Of a DNA stretch of 64,000 bases, positions 40,589 through 55,477 are shown in pieces. Made by a program: the position numbers and the translations under genes. The notes under the pieces are model-generated. The model was not told where the DNA came from and did not search any database. It saw only the letters and a program-made list of their open reading frames with translations. Origin of the DNA: Octopus vulgaris (lineage: Eukaryota); NCBI GenBank assembly GCA_951406725.2, contig OX597837.1, forward strand, positions 12,214,001-12,278,000. The letters are read 5' to 3'. The number at the start of each line of letters is the position of its first letter. Position 1 is the first letter of the stretch.

Positions 40589-41479
40589 GTAAGACACGCG
40601 TCCCAACCATTATGGAGATTTGCTCATAAAACTTTAAACTCGGCTTCAACTTCCGGATTGGCGGTAAGTTGCGTCCTTACGTAAGGCACCTCACTTCACG
40701 TTGGTCTCTAGTTTACTCAGCAGAAAGAGGGTTACGCAAACCGAATGCTTGCGCATGCTGCCTCTCCTCTGTCTGTCTGTCTCTCTCTCTCTCTCTGCCC
40801 CGAGTTCTCCCGTCCTCATTGTTGTGCTAAAACTAGAGCTGGAGATCGGAGAGGGTCTCAATGTCTCTTCACCACTATCCAGGCACCCCAACAAAAAGTA
40901 AGGCACACGCTACCAGATCATACACGCTTGCCAGTGACGGCTAAAGTGGGGGACATGAGAAGAGGTGCCTTAAATACAGACCGTATAGGGTTCATATGAA
41001 GCACAAGGATGGCACCATACGGGGCTTCCATTTATTGCCTTTCCTGTTCTTGTTGTATGACTACAGGTCAACCTTGGCGAAGTAATTCTATCATATGCTA
41101 CTAGTCGGGGAAAAGGACAGGGTGCAAGTCACATCCTCGCTTTCCCAGTTATACCCAGGCTCATTCTAACTGCGAACCATGCGTCACACTCTGATATGCA
41201 GTGATGAAGTACAAGGATGGAGTACAGTGTAACAATTTAGACATGTGACACGCTTAGTGTAACTTGCACTCTCTCCACTCTCCTGACTATAACCGTGAGT
41301 ACGATGAGTCTGCCCAACTAAAAACACAGACACACACCTAAAATCTCTCACATACGACCGGCCCCACCTCCTTTCTTATTACTCCCTCATAGAACCACAT
41401 TCCTACCTGACTCCCGACCTCCCATCCATTTTTTTAACGTTTTCAGCCACTTACTATTTTTCTCACATCTCCAATACTT

Positions 41480-41517
41480 TTCTTCTGATGAAGGACTAAC
41501 GTGCGAAACGTTAAGGA
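41480..41517 (+). ncRNA. Minimal type I hammerhead (PLE-type)
   Basis: ttctt-CTGATGA-a-ggac(taac)gtgc-GAAA-cg-TT-aagga; palindromic AACGTT; one stem II mismatch. Confidence 0.65.
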
Positions 41518-41635
41518 TTTTTCCTTCTTTTAGCTTGTACAATGTTTTGAAACCTGTCCCTCATGTGCTATCTTTTTTTCTTTTTGCTCTTGTTCATTAC
41601 ATTTAAAATGCTTCTGTAATAGTTAGATGGCCATC

Positions 41636-41710
<75 letters not shown>

Positions 41711-41788
41711 GTATGTATATATGTATGTATGTATGTATATGTATATATACACGCGCTTCGTACTATTTTGTTGTACACGTTTCATAAC

Positions 41789-41840
<52 letters not shown>

Positions 41841-42232
41841 GTATAGATGTAAGTATGTACATATACGTATGTATATATACATACGTACATAAACAGGTAC
41901 ATATCTGTGTGTATGTACTACATACGCACACACATATAAATGCATACAAGCACTCGCACACACACACACTCTCTCTCTCACACATACGCACACACACACA
42001 CCCATATACGCACATTCTCTCTCACACACACAATCAAAACTGCTCCTACCCTCCTGCCAATTATCGCAGGGGTGGGGGAGGGGAGAAGCTATCAAATATT
42101 CCGCATAGCATCGCATGTTTCCTGTCCGTCTCATCGTTGTGCCTCTCCGTCCAATTCTGAAAATCCTTGAACTGTTCATTCAACTCGTCTGGCTGCATTG
42201 CATACTTCATAATCAATCATATCACGAGACTA

Positions 42233-43450
42233 ACCATCCACCCATCCACCCATCCATCCACCCATCCATCCACCCATTCCATTCATCCATCCATCCATCC
42301 ATCCATCCATTCATCCACCCATTCATCCATCCCATCCATCCGTCCACCCATTCATCCACCCATTCATCCATCCACCCATCCACCCACCCATCCACCCATC
42401 CATCCCATTCATCCATCCATCCATCCATCCACCCATCCCATCCATCCATCCACCCATTCATCCACCCATTCATTCACCCATCCATCCACCCATCCATCCA
42501 CCCATTCATCCATCCCATTCATCCATCCATCCATCCATCCACCCATCCATCCCCATCCATCCACCCATTCATCCACCCATTCATCCACCCATCCATCCAC
42601 CCATCCATCCACCTATTCATCCATCCATTCATCCATCCATCCATCCATCCATCCACCCATCCCATCCATCCATCCACCCATTCATCCACCCATTCATTCA
42701 CCCATCCATCCACCCATCCATCCACCCATTCATCCATCCCATTCATCCATCCATCCATCCATCCACCCATCCCACCCATTCATCCACCCATTCATTCACC
42801 CATCCATCCACCCATCCATCCACCCATTCATCCATCCCATTCATCCATCCACCCATCCCATCCATCCATCCACCCATTCATCCACCCATTCATCCACCCA
42901 TCCATCCACCCATCCATCCACCTATTCATCCATCCATTCATCCATCCATCCATCCATCCATCCACCCATCCCATCCATCCATCCACCCATTCATCCACCC
43001 ATTCATTCACCCATCCATCCACCCATCCATCCACCTATTCATCCATCCATTCATCCATCCATCCATCCATCCATCCACCCATCCCATCCATCCATCCACC
43101 CATTCATCCACCCATCCATCCACCCATCCATCCACCCATTCATCCATCCCATTCATCCATCCATCCATCCATCCACCCATCCCATCCATCCATCCACCCA
43201 TTCATCCACCCATTCATCCACCCATTCATCCACCCATTCATCCACCCATTCATCCACCCATTCATCCACCCATCCATCCATCCATCCATCCATCCATCCA
43301 TCCACCCATCCCATCCATCCATCCACCCATTCATCCACCCATTCATCCACCCATCCATCCATCCATCCATCCATCCATCCATCCATCCATCCATCCATCC
43401 ATCCATTCATCCATCCATTCATCCATCCATCCATCCATCCATCCATCCGT
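42233..43450. repeat. ~1.2-kb (CCAT)n/(CCAC/TCAT) compound tetranucleotide array
   Basis: Directly visible, with repeated variant blocks. Confidence 0.97.
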
Positions 43451-43819
43451 TCATCGAATCGTGCATAATAAATAACGCATCCATATTGAAAACGGAAGAT
43501 AAGGAAGTTTATGGTAGCAAAAGAAAACGGATTCCTTGTTGTAACACGTCTTCCTTTGCTGAATGTGATGTAGGCGTAATATATGGCCGAATACTTAAGT
43601 TCGCTTCTCAGTCGCAGGGTTCCGACTGCGATCCCATCGCATGTTATCTTGTGTCAATGCGGAGCCGACTTAACAGTGTTGTAGGCTTCTGTACAAACCA
43701 ATCACAGGACCCTATCGCCCGCCGCCGTCATGTACCATACGATTTTTGCAGCTCGTTGTTGACACTACAAGAAAAGTCTTCTCCATTAAAATCTTCTCAA
43801 AGCGTTGCTTCGTTCTGAT

Positions 43820-44030
43820 TTCTTCATAGTGGGTTTTTTTTGCAGAGATTTTGGTATGGTTTGCCATCGCCTTCCTCGGATGTCCGTTGGCCCAATGGAG
43901 CTCATCCGTCCTTCGACAACTCTTGCATTTAGTCCTGCTGGGTATCTATCCACCCTCCTCTCAAGGGTTGCAATCTACTCAAAGGGGATGGGGCAGTTTA
44001 GTCGCCGACCACTCGACCATACTGAGCTCT
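43820..44030 (-). mobile_element. Retroposon remnant with RTE/BovB-like tail
   Basis: Minus strand gaggaaggcgatggcaaaccat resembles the RTE 3' motif GGAAGG.AATGGCAA.CCA. Confidence 0.5.
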
Positions 44031-44768
44031 GTAGTATATATTTACTGGGTCCTATATAATAAATACATACAGGGCCCTAATATATATATCAATTGACGGT
44101 AAACTACAGCATATATAGATCAGAATAGGGACCCATGAGGTCCCTGGGCAACAGCTCAGGGAACCTGTGCTTTAAGAGGACAGAAGGTAAATGGATTTTC
44201 TGTAGCCTCGTGTCAGCTCATGTCTTGTGAATGATTTTGGACAGACGGAAACTATACAGAAGCCCGTCGCGTGGATTGTACATGAAATTCAAAGGGTACA
44301 GCCTGGTCACATTCACACACGTGTCACTAATTATTCTTTGTGGTTGTCATGATTTATTTTACCCATCTTATATCTCTGTATTAATTTGTGACTTATATTT
44401 TTGGTATTAATAAAGCTAAATTCTTTTACAGAGTCATCTGTTCGCTGTCTTCTTGAGCAGAACTATTTAACCTGTCCGAAATGTATATAAGCAAGTCTCA
44501 AGATCCACACTGCCAATCGCCCGGTTACCAAAAACGTGCAACTCCGTGGACCAATCAAACAGATACAGGTCTGAATTACACTTATTTTCTCTTAATTGCA
44601 ATTAACAGCAGTACACACACACGCGCGCACACACATACACGCACACACAGACAGACACACACACATGCATCTATGCATACGTATATATATAATTGAAAAA
44701 TTCGTTATAGGTATAAAGATACAATAAACAAGTATAAAAATGGAGAAAATATGTTAAAAACAAAATTG

Positions 44769-44887
44769 AATTCAATACATACGCACGTTTCAAAAGACAA
44801 TGCAAATATATAAGAAATAATAATAATAATAATAATAATAATTATAATTAGAGTTATGCATTGTCATTCTCATCAGTGTGAAGAATT
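44769..44887 (-). ncRNA. Type I hammerhead with a 13-bp stem II and a (TTA)n loop
   Basis: aattc-ttc-aca-CTGATGA-gaatgacaatgca(loop)tgcattgtctttt-GAAA-cgtgcg-TA-tgt-att-gaatt. Confidence 0.85.
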
Positions 44888-44978
44888 TTTAGGAAAACAT
44901 AAAAAAATATTAATAAAATTCAATAAGGAGCAACAGATGGGGTACTATAAACTGTAGGTATTGGGGTATGACTACCTT

Positions 44979-45272
44979 CTACGTATATTGCCTATTTAGT
45001 TTAGGGATGTTCCATTTTTGAGGACGTACTCCTGCATTTGTCTGAATGTTGAGTACTTGGATAAAATTTGGGCACTTGGATAAAAATTGACCCAGTGTGC
45101 CTCCATGTTTGCCGTTAGCATGTTGGTAGAGTATGGAGGGCTGTTTTTTGTCGTCATATTGTCTCAAGTGGTTATTTAGTCTCTCCGGAATGCTCCTAGA
45201 TGTCTCACCTATCTATATCCTGTTCTTGTCTTTACAAGCACCTTCTATGCACCTTATGCTGTAGACTACTGC
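44979..45272 (-). pseudogene. Degenerate PLE GIY-YIG endonuclease fragment
   Basis: AVVYSIRCIEGACKDKNRI*IGETSRSIPERLNNHLRQY....SILYQHANGKH...LN; lies directly upstream of the 44769-44887 hammerhead on the same strand. Confidence 0.85.
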
Positions 45273-45780
45273 GCTAATTGATTAAAATATAAAAAGAAAA
45301 AAAGAAAGAACGAAGGAAAAACTTTGAGATAAGTAAAGAAAATGTATATAAACTGAAGCAAACTTTAGTTTCGATAGAAAAGATAAAAGAATTTTGTGTG
45401 TAAGAAATAATTAGTGAATACGTAGAAAAAAACGATCTTGGTGTTGCGTTTTGGTCAAATAATTATAAGAAGCATTCAAGCAGACGTTAAAATTAGTGGA
45501 TGGAGATAATAGAAAGGTTTGAAAGTCCGAACTCTCGATTGAGATGGTTCTGATGAATGTATGACGTTTGTGTACATTGCAGGTGTCGTATAAAAAGGCA
45601 GTTGGAGAGTGAGATAGTGAGTCAGGAAATAGAGAGAAAAACTGATTAATATTGAGAATAAGTTAATAGAGAGAAATAGAAAAATGATGGTGCGAATAAA
45701 TGTGGACAGGGAGAGAGAGGGGGAGGGCAGTAGGAGATGAAAATCTAGAAAAGGAAACGAAGAGGTTGACCAGGAAAGAA

Positions 45781-45811
<31 letters not shown>

Positions 45812-45965
45812 TTAAGTGGGAAAGTCGGGGAGCTCAAATTTCGAGTGGGCGTCTTTTCAAAGCGCGAGGTTGTTACATGTGCAGTGTTGTTATTTATTTA
45901 GATGTTAATCGCATTTAATACGTGTCAAAGACTGTCAAATTTGTGTTGTGTTTGTATGCAGTAGT

Positions 45966-46016
<51 letters not shown>

Positions 46017-46092
46017 TATATTTATATATAGATACGTGTTTACATATATATGTTTATTTGTAAACCTATGCATATATTACATCTCTCTCTCC

Positions 46093-46135
<43 letters not shown>

Positions 46136-46158
46136 CATATATATAGACGCATACATAT

Positions 46159-46420
46159 AGGCGCAGGAGTGACTGTGTGGTAAGTAGCTTGCTTACCAAC
46201 CACACGGTTTCGGGTTCAATCCCACTGTATGGCACCTTGGGCAGGTATCTTCTACTATAGCCTCGGGCCGACCAAAGCCTTGTGAGTGGATTTGGTAGAC
46301 GGAAACTGAAAGAAGCCCGTCGTATATATGTGTATGAGTCCTGGGGTCGATTTGGTCGATTAAAGGCGGTGCTCCAGCATGGCCGCAGTCAAATGAAACA
46401 AATAAAAGAATGAAAAAAGA
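46159..46420 (+). mobile_element. SINE family A (internal deletion)
   Basis: Head, 5' body and tail present. Confidence 0.88.
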
Positions 46421-46462
46421 ATACATATATATATACACACACACACACACCCATATATGCTA

Positions 46463-46621
46463 TGGGCTTCTTTCAGTTTCCGACTGCCAAATCCACTCAT
46501 AAGGCTCTTTGGTCTGCCTAGGGCTATAGTAGAAAACACTTGCCCAAGGTACCATGGAGTGGGACTGAACCTGAAACCATGTGGTTAGTAAGCAAGCTAC
46601 TTACCACACAACCACTCCTGC

Positions 46622-46626
<5 letters not shown>
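46463..46626 (-). mobile_element. SINE family A, 5' half
   Basis: Inverted relative to 46159-46325. Confidence 0.85.
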
Positions 46627-46675
<49 letters not shown>

Positions 46676-47219
46676 GTATATATATGTATATATATGTGTG
46701 TATGCGTATATATATATATGTATGTATGTTTTTGTATGCATGTGTGCGTATGAGTGTGTACGTTTGTGTGTGTTTATACACATGCTTGCACGTACACACA
46801 TGCAAACATATATCTATAAACAAACAAACACAACCACCAACATATCCACAATCACACACAATTTAGTCCTCGCCCGAAAACGCGCTGCCAAAAATAGGTT
46901 ACGTCTAAAGGTTCGCTCCTGCTCCAATGTCGTGTGTACTTATGTACATTCACTGATAGATGGCTTTTGTTATTTGCTTTGATCCTATCCTCTTGGCACA
47001 TTTAATAATTATCTTCCTTGCTGTCTTCGTTTAACCCTAGGTCAACCCCGATCAAACAAACCCAGCATCAAACAACATTTCATCTGTGACATTTCCGACA
47101 TTTTCATTGTATTTCAAACAATATTTTCATTTTGTTTTCTTTTGCAAGGCGGTGTCCCAGCATAGATGCAAAGTTTATCTAGGACTCCGTTATTGCATAT
47201 GTCATTGCTTTTATTTTTA

Positions 47220-47548
47220 GGCGGCGAGGAGCTGGCAGAAACGTTAGCACTGCGGGCGAAATACTTAGCGATATTTCGTCTGCCGTTACGTTCTGAGTTC
47301 AAATTCCGCCGAGGTCGACTTTGCCTTTCATTCTTTCGGGATCGATAAATTAAGTACCAGTTACACACTGGGGTCGATGTAATCGACTTAATCCGTTTGT
47401 TTCTCCTTGTTTGTCCCCTCTGTGTTTAGCCCCTTGTGGGTAGTAAAGAAATAGGTATTTCGTCTGTCGCTACGTTCTGAGTTCGAATTCCTCCGAGGTC
47501 GACTTTGCCTTTCATCCTTTCAGGGTCGATAAATTAAGTACCAGTTAC
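47220..47548 (+). mobile_element. SINE family B partial dimer
   Basis: Unit 47271-47454 (184 bp), then a second unit ending at ~47548. Confidence 0.9.
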
Positions 47549-48393
47549 AAAATGAACGAATTTATCTGACAACCTAACTTTTTCCCCTCTCTCCCTCATT
47601 CACGTTTAAAATCAGTCAAGAAAGTGTAACGCGCGGGAGATGTGGTTGCTATTTCTAGCAGGTTAAACAACGACTTAGAAACTCGACCCTCCATCCTCTC
47701 CTGCTTTCCTTGCTATATTTTTCCTGTTGCGGTTTTATTTAATTTAAAACGGCTTCGCTTTAATCATTGAAATTTCAACACACATGTTGTTATTTCTAGC
47801 TGATGATATTCTTCAAAACAAGTCATTTAATCTATTCTACAGAAGGAAAGCATTTATCTTGCAGAGAAATGCCGTTTATTTTGGGTTTGGGTAATCTTTC
47901 GAACATGGCACCAACTATACATGCATAGTAGGCATATTATTCTGGTTGTTGTTGCTGTTGTTGTTGTTGTCATCTGGGTAGAGGTCAACTCGTGACTGAT
48001 AAGATCACTTCTTAAACCCATTTCACTCTAAGAAGCATCACAAGTAGGGTCTCCCCGACGCCGGCAACGTTCATGTAGCTCTTGAGGCATGTCAGGGACC
48101 GACTACAATTACACACCGACCACAAGTTGTGCTTCTAGCAGCAGCAGCAACAGCAGCAGCAGCACAGCAGCAGCAGCAGCCGTCCAAGAATTTGGACCTG
48201 GAGATCTCCATTTCCAGCGACTTCGAGGGCCACCTCCCAGTGGTGTCGGGCGTCAACGAAGAGCCCTCGACTACAACAAACGACCAAAGTTTTTCTTTTT
48301 TTCCCCCAAGGTCTGGGGTCTCCCGCTCCTAAACCCTAGACCATCACCTAATCACCCTTACCCGTCTTGTTGCCTAACAACAACAACAACAAT

Positions 48394-48424
<31 letters not shown>

Positions 48425-48544
48425 GCAGCAGCAGCAGCGGCCCGATAGTGGACGTTGGGACCTAAAATACCGAATGAGTTCAATGACCAACACAAGGTCC
48501 ACGGAAGAGCAAGCTGGACATCATCACATTGGTAGACGGATGTG

Positions 48545-48625
48545 GAGCGGCTCGCGAAATTTTTTTCCCACGAGAGTTCCGGACACCAGTTATGAACTCA
48601 TTTGCATACAGCCAATCAGAGCTCA
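48545..48625. promoter_or_regulatory. Candidate promoter motif cluster
   Basis: E2F-like ctcgcgaaa, octamer ATTTGCAT (48600-48607) and NF-Y-type agCCAATcag (48610-48619) in a CpG-rich unique region. Confidence 0.35.
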
Positions 48626-49449
48626 GCTATCAAACTAATTTATGGGCGAATAACAAGTGATGGGCGATAAGATAAGGTCACCTGGATAAGGGATGACCAT
48701 GCTTTTTTTCTCTTTTGATATTGCTTGTTGTTCTTGTTCTTGTTCCAACCATGACTGCCTCTGCGTAATTATATTTGTGTTGTTGTTGTTTATTTTGTAA
48801 AGCAGTAAAAGGAGAGGGTTGCTAGCACATCACCCTCTACCCACATTTTCCCATACACATTGTTACCATATGGGGCCCTAACACAATCCGATAATAGTTA
48901 TAGATGCAAACCCATCTAATTACTTGTCTCCTTCTAAAACCAGACATAAACTTGACGATCGGTCGACTTACAACACCGTTCTTCATCTTGAGTCTACTCG
49001 GTAGAATGTGTTTGTTAACTTGACATCAAGGTCAAGGTGAGCTCTGATTGGCTGTATGTTTCCGTCTATCAGATCCACTCACAAGACTTTGGTCGGCTCC
49101 AGGCTATAGTAGATGACAGTTGCCCAAGGTGCCACGCAGTGGGACTGAACCCGAAGTTGTCACAGAAGTTTTTGTTGTTCATCGTTTCCTTTGTCCTCTC
49201 TCCATCTTTCCCCTTCCACGGTTCCTTGAAGAATGGTTTTTCCAAGGCCATACCATACCATACCAGTTGTCTTTTCTTTCCTCACCCTGTGTGTGTGTGT
49301 GTGTGTGTGTGTGTGCATATACCTGTATTATTCTTTAACAAGAATTGTATTGAGTATGGTTTCTAAGTTCCTACCAGCGACGTCATCATCGGACCGTGTG
49401 TGCGTGAGTGTGTATATGCGTATTAATGTGTGTGTATGTTTGTGTGTGT

Positions 49450-49496
<47 letters not shown>

Positions 49497-49909
49497 TTGC
49501 TATTTGTCATGAGAAGTCGGGTGATTTAGAAGTTCAATTAGAACACATTTAAACAGCCATGAAACCCGGAACCCAAGTTGCAGTGAGAGAACGACAGCGA
49601 AATACTTTAGCGATCTCAGAACGGGAATATAGAACGTGAGGTCACCGAGTTATGAGGGAAGGGGGGGGAGAAGAGATGGAGAGAGAGAGAGAGAGGGAGA
49701 GAGTGGCTGGAAAGAGGGAAGGAGGGAGAGGGAGAGCAGGGGGTAGAAAGACGGATGGGGTAAGAGTGAGTGTGAAAGTGGTGTAAATAAAACTTGTATC
49801 TGAGGTCATCAACCTTTTAGTCATTGAGCGTGTGTGTGTGTGTGGGGGTGAGGGTGTGAGGGTGTGTGGGTATGTGTGTTAATGTGTGTGTTAGTGTGTG
49901 TGGGTGTGT

Positions 49910-50570
<661 letters not shown>

Positions 50571-51563
50571 CTGGTTGTTGTTTTCATTTCCCTGTTCACA
50601 TGTTCACCAATACTTACTGGACGTATCGATCTCAATATGCTCGTCTTCATCAGTTGATATTCCATTTATTTTATTCCAGATCGTTCTGGTAACCACACGA
50701 AGCCTCATGGAAAGATCGCCTAAAGAGATCATCCTCTCGCAGCTACAAATAATGGCTGGTGTCTGAAGATAATTTGCACAGTCTTCATCGACTTCCAAAT
50801 AATGCCAAATGGTAGCAAATTATACCAAATTATGCCAAATGATGCGAAATGAAGCATTTCGCTTTTGCATGAGAAATACGTAAAGGAGCCGTTTTGCTTC
50901 AGGATTGGATGGATTTTGCCTTTGTCCCTCGAGGTGAGTTGTACTTATTTGTCATTGGCTTTTATCTTTTTTTCCCTCGCTTTTATTTGTTTCTGTCATT
51001 TGATATCGTTGACGGACTTGGGTTAACGGAAGTTAATTAGTCTGTTAATGATTTTCAGATTTTTAAACCGTTAAACGAAAATGTTGACTTCATTAATTCA
51101 CGATAAACGGATTAACGGACTTACATCCAGCTCTGTATATATCTTCGGATATGCATTTTGTGAAGCAAATCACGATACTGAAAAAAGCATAATAAAATAA
51201 AAGGTGGAATGGTGAGCATTTGGTCAAGTCGTCCCCAAGTCCTTCCCATAACTTTTTTTTTTTACAAGAATCGTAATCTAAGTTGCTTTGCTTCGATCTT
51301 ATTCTTGCGAAAATTTACGGGACAATTTCGGAAACGAGTGTGGTCATACACACACACACACACACACACACGAGATAAGTGTCCTCTACATACACATGCA
51401 TGTGAATACAGACACGCACACACACATATATACACACATACACACACGCTCATATATATAATTCGTTTTCTAGGTCACCTTATTGTTAATGACGATATTT
51501 TCTATCACGTGTTTATGTATAAATGCAAACACACACACTTACACACACATACATATTTTCATG

Positions 51564-51605
<42 letters not shown>

Positions 51606-51613
51606 ATCCAAAC

Positions 51614-51774
<161 letters not shown>

Positions 51775-52548
51775 CATACATACATATACGCACGGACAGA
51801 TGTAAACATACATACTTAGATATATGTAAATACAAGCATGTGTACACATCCAAAGATACGCACGCACGTTCCCATACACACACATCTGAACACACATATC
51901 CACACACACACTCAGCCCCCCCACACACACACACACATTGACACACGCACACACGCATACCGCCGACCGCACACTCCCGTACACTTATACACAAGCAGAA
52001 GACGATAAAGGGATTTACCTTCGAAACCATGGCGATCATTTTCTCACAAGCTAGAATTTCTGCAAAGAACACCACGCATGGTCTTCCTCTCTGAGGTACA
52101 GTGATTCTCCATCTTTCTTTGTACTCTTTTGCACCTTTACGATTCCACTACTCCTCTCCCCCCACTTTATTTAATGACGGGGTAAAAGTCTCAAGAATGC
52201 CTAGCTGCTATTTCTAGCGCCTCTAGTGATCCTATACAAGCACCCCCCGTTGGACTGCTGTCGTAAGGATTGTTGTGATTGTTGTGGTTAATTATCATTC
52301 ATGCTTATTTATATCTTTGCACACACATACACACACTCATACACACACGCCCACGCACACACACACACACACACACACGCCCGCACACACACTGTCTACT
52401 AGGTTCTTACTGAGTATAGCAGGTACGAAATTTCTTGTCTCTTAACCTACCTTTTCATTAAAGTGGGGGCGCTAAAAGCACATCTTCGCCCTCGTCTTTG
52501 GGGGACGAGAATTCCTTGTTACTCCATTATTACTCCAGTTGTGCAGAT

Positions 52549-53070
52549 GGCGGCGAGCTGGCAGAAACGTTAGCACGCCGGGCGAAATGCTTTGCGGTAT
52601 TTCGTCTGCCGTTACGTTCTGAGTTCAAATTCTGCCGAGGTCGACTTTGCCTTTCATCCTTTCGGGGTCGATAAATAAAGTACCAGTTACGCACTGGGGT
52701 CGATGTAATCGACTTAATACCTATGTCTGTCCTTGTTTGTTCCCTCTGTGTTTAGCCCCCTGTGGGTAATAAAGAAATAGGTATTTCGTCTGCCGCTACG
52801 TTCTGAGTTCAAATTCCGCCGAGGTCGACTTTGCCTTTCATTCTTTCATTGCTTTTCATTCTTTCATTCATTCAACGGGCTTAGCGACATTTCATCCGTC
52901 TTTACGTTCTGAGTTCATATTCTGCCGGCGATCGACTTTGCCTGTCATCCTTTCGGGGTCGATAAATTAAGTTCCAGTGAAACACTAAGGTCGATGTAAC
53001 CGACTTATCTCCCCACCCACCCCAAAAAACCGTATTCAAGCCTTGTGTCTATAGTAGAAAGGATTATTAA
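52549..53070 (+). mobile_element. SINE family B partial dimer followed by an older B copy
   Basis: Unit 52597-52780 (184 bp); junction 52780/52781. Confidence 0.9.
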
Positions 53071-53690
53071 AATTGCGCAGGGCGACGGTGGACATTTAAA
53101 GAGATCTCTTTTTCGTCTATTTCTAGCCGGTCCAGCGACCACGTACATGCTTCCCTCAATGGCGCACATGGAAGAATACAATAAAAAAATATTATTTTAT
53201 TTTAGCTTATTTTTAAAAAATGTTATTTTCGTCAATGCTTGTTTCTGTTGAAAACTGTTTATAGCACAACATTTGTAAATGGAGTAAAATAAAGAGAATT
53301 TTGTTATTCAACTTTTTATCTTTCCCACTATTATTCGGAAATGTCGAACGAGGATTGTTAATATGTCAGACTTATTATAAATTATCTAATCTATGATAGT
53401 TGATAGCTTCATTATGTTGGAAGGAAAGAACTTACGAAATCTAACGAGCAAGATGGACGCCGAACTTTGCTAAAATAGCCCCTGGAAGAGTATTGGGTTA
53501 CGTAACCATTAATTAAGAATAACAATGAGTGTATGTGCATAGGTATGTATGTATGTGTGTGTATGTGTGTGTACGTATGTATGAATGTATGTGTGAATGT
53601 ATGTATGTATATGTATGAATGTGTGTATGAATGTATGTATATGTATATGTATGTATAGATGTATGTATATGCTTATATTTACTTATATAT

Positions 53691-53761
<71 letters not shown>

Positions 53762-53798
53762 CACTGACAATTATCCAAGCATACATACAGATATATCA

Positions 53799-53835
<37 letters not shown>

Positions 53836-53857
53836 CATATACTTATTTTGACACTCA

Positions 53858-54092
53858 GCAAAATCCCAAATTATATTTAATTTGCTTTGCGTGAGCAACT
53901 GTTTTATCGAAAGCGTATATTGTTGTTAAATGCTCGAAATACGAGACTAGAAAGACAGCCAACAACTGATAAAGGGTCGTTATTTATGTTGTTTGTTTTG
54001 TTTTCCATTTGTGTCTTTCGTTGTTTGAAAGAAGAATTCATATACTTGCGCTTCGTACTTTTTGTTGTACACGTTTCATGACGTCCAGTGCT

Positions 54093-54093
<1 letters not shown>
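53858..54093 (+). repeat. Dispersed repeat (possible PLE pLTR)
   Basis: Homologous to 22908-23580 once the SINE there is removed, and partly to 41752-41790. Confidence 0.55.
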
Positions 54094-54135
<42 letters not shown>

Positions 54136-54162
54136 GTATAGCTGTAAGTATGTACATATACG

Positions 54163-54282
<120 letters not shown>

Positions 54283-54377
54283 TAATCCAAACAAGAAAGC
54301 ACAAAAATCACAACAACGAGAGGACGTGGAACAAATATAGTATTATTGGACGGTCAGGAAGGAAGGGAAGAAGGACG

Positions 54378-54412
54378 GTTTAACGTTTCGAGCGGAGCTC
54401 TTCGTCGGAAAC
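54378..54412 (-). ncRNA. Minimal type I hammerhead, CCGACGA core variant, in a ~200-bp pLTR-like insert (54280-54484)
   Basis: gttt-CCGACGA-a-gagc(tcc)gctc-GAAA-cg-TT-aaac. Confidence 0.8.
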
Positions 54413-55438
54413 ATAGGAGAAGGAAAGATCCAGAGAAGGGAAGACAGAGGGAAAAAAATCGCCAACGGTACACATGAGGTCACGCATATATATGTACACG
54501 CACACATACATACGTATATTTATATGCATGTATGTACGTATATATGTATATATGTATGTATGAGTGTCTATCTGTCTTACTCTGTGTGTCTGACTATATA
54601 TATATATATATATATATACATATATATTGATGAAAAAAATAAATGAACAAAAACGAAAGAAATCCCGTCCCATGTTCACAATGTGTTCCATGTTGACCGA
54701 CTTCTTTACTGATATGGCGGCGTCGATCGGCTGACAGATCGGAGAAGGGATTCTCGGCATGGGCGACACCCGGAGCCCTGACGAGGAACGGAGTAGGGGC
54801 GGTGGTAGGTATGGGGAAATGTTACACCGGTGCACGGGACAAAATGACGCTGATAGGGGGGGGGGAGAGAAATGCATCTGTACACCTTTAACCTTTAGTC
54901 TTTTGCCTCCTGTTTTAATATTAAACGTGATATTATGGTAAATTGCTTGTCATCCATAACAACAACAACAGCAACAACAACAAGAATATCAATACCAATA
55001 ACAATAAAAACGACTTTAACGATAATAATAGACTTCGAAATGGTAATAAGTAAATAAACAAAGTCGAATATACTACTGGCGTTGCTCCAGCATGGCCATA
55101 GCTTTAAGGGTGAAATGTAGAAAAGAAATAAAAGAACTATACATCAGTTCTGCTTGTAATAGCATTTGATTAGTGTAGGGAGGAACTTTGGTATAAATGT
55201 GACTCGTGTCAAGAAGCTGCTACCCAGAACCAAATTACCCTGGCGGCGTGATATTACATGCATTTGCGTTAAAAGTGAAGGCGCGTGGCTTAATGGTCAG
55301 GGCATTCGGCTTACAATCGTAAGGTTTTGCGTTCAATTCTCGGTGATGCGTTGTCCTTGGTTATGTATGTATGTATGTATGTATGTATGTATGTATGTAT
55401 GTATGTATGTATGTATGTATGTATGTATATATATATGT

Positions 55439-55477
<39 letters not shown>

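Noticed and set aside
42115-43818. 567-aa and 433-aa His/Pro/Ser-rich ORFs
   Set aside because: Read-through of the (CCAT)n array; the unique C-terminal part overlaps a decayed SINE-like head and has no recognisable domain.
48089-48448. 119-aa ORF MSGTDYNY...
   Set aside because: Low complexity, a competing open frame and no recognisable domain; not called as CDS.
54778-54825. CTGACGA followed by GAAA
   Set aside because: No complementary stems.
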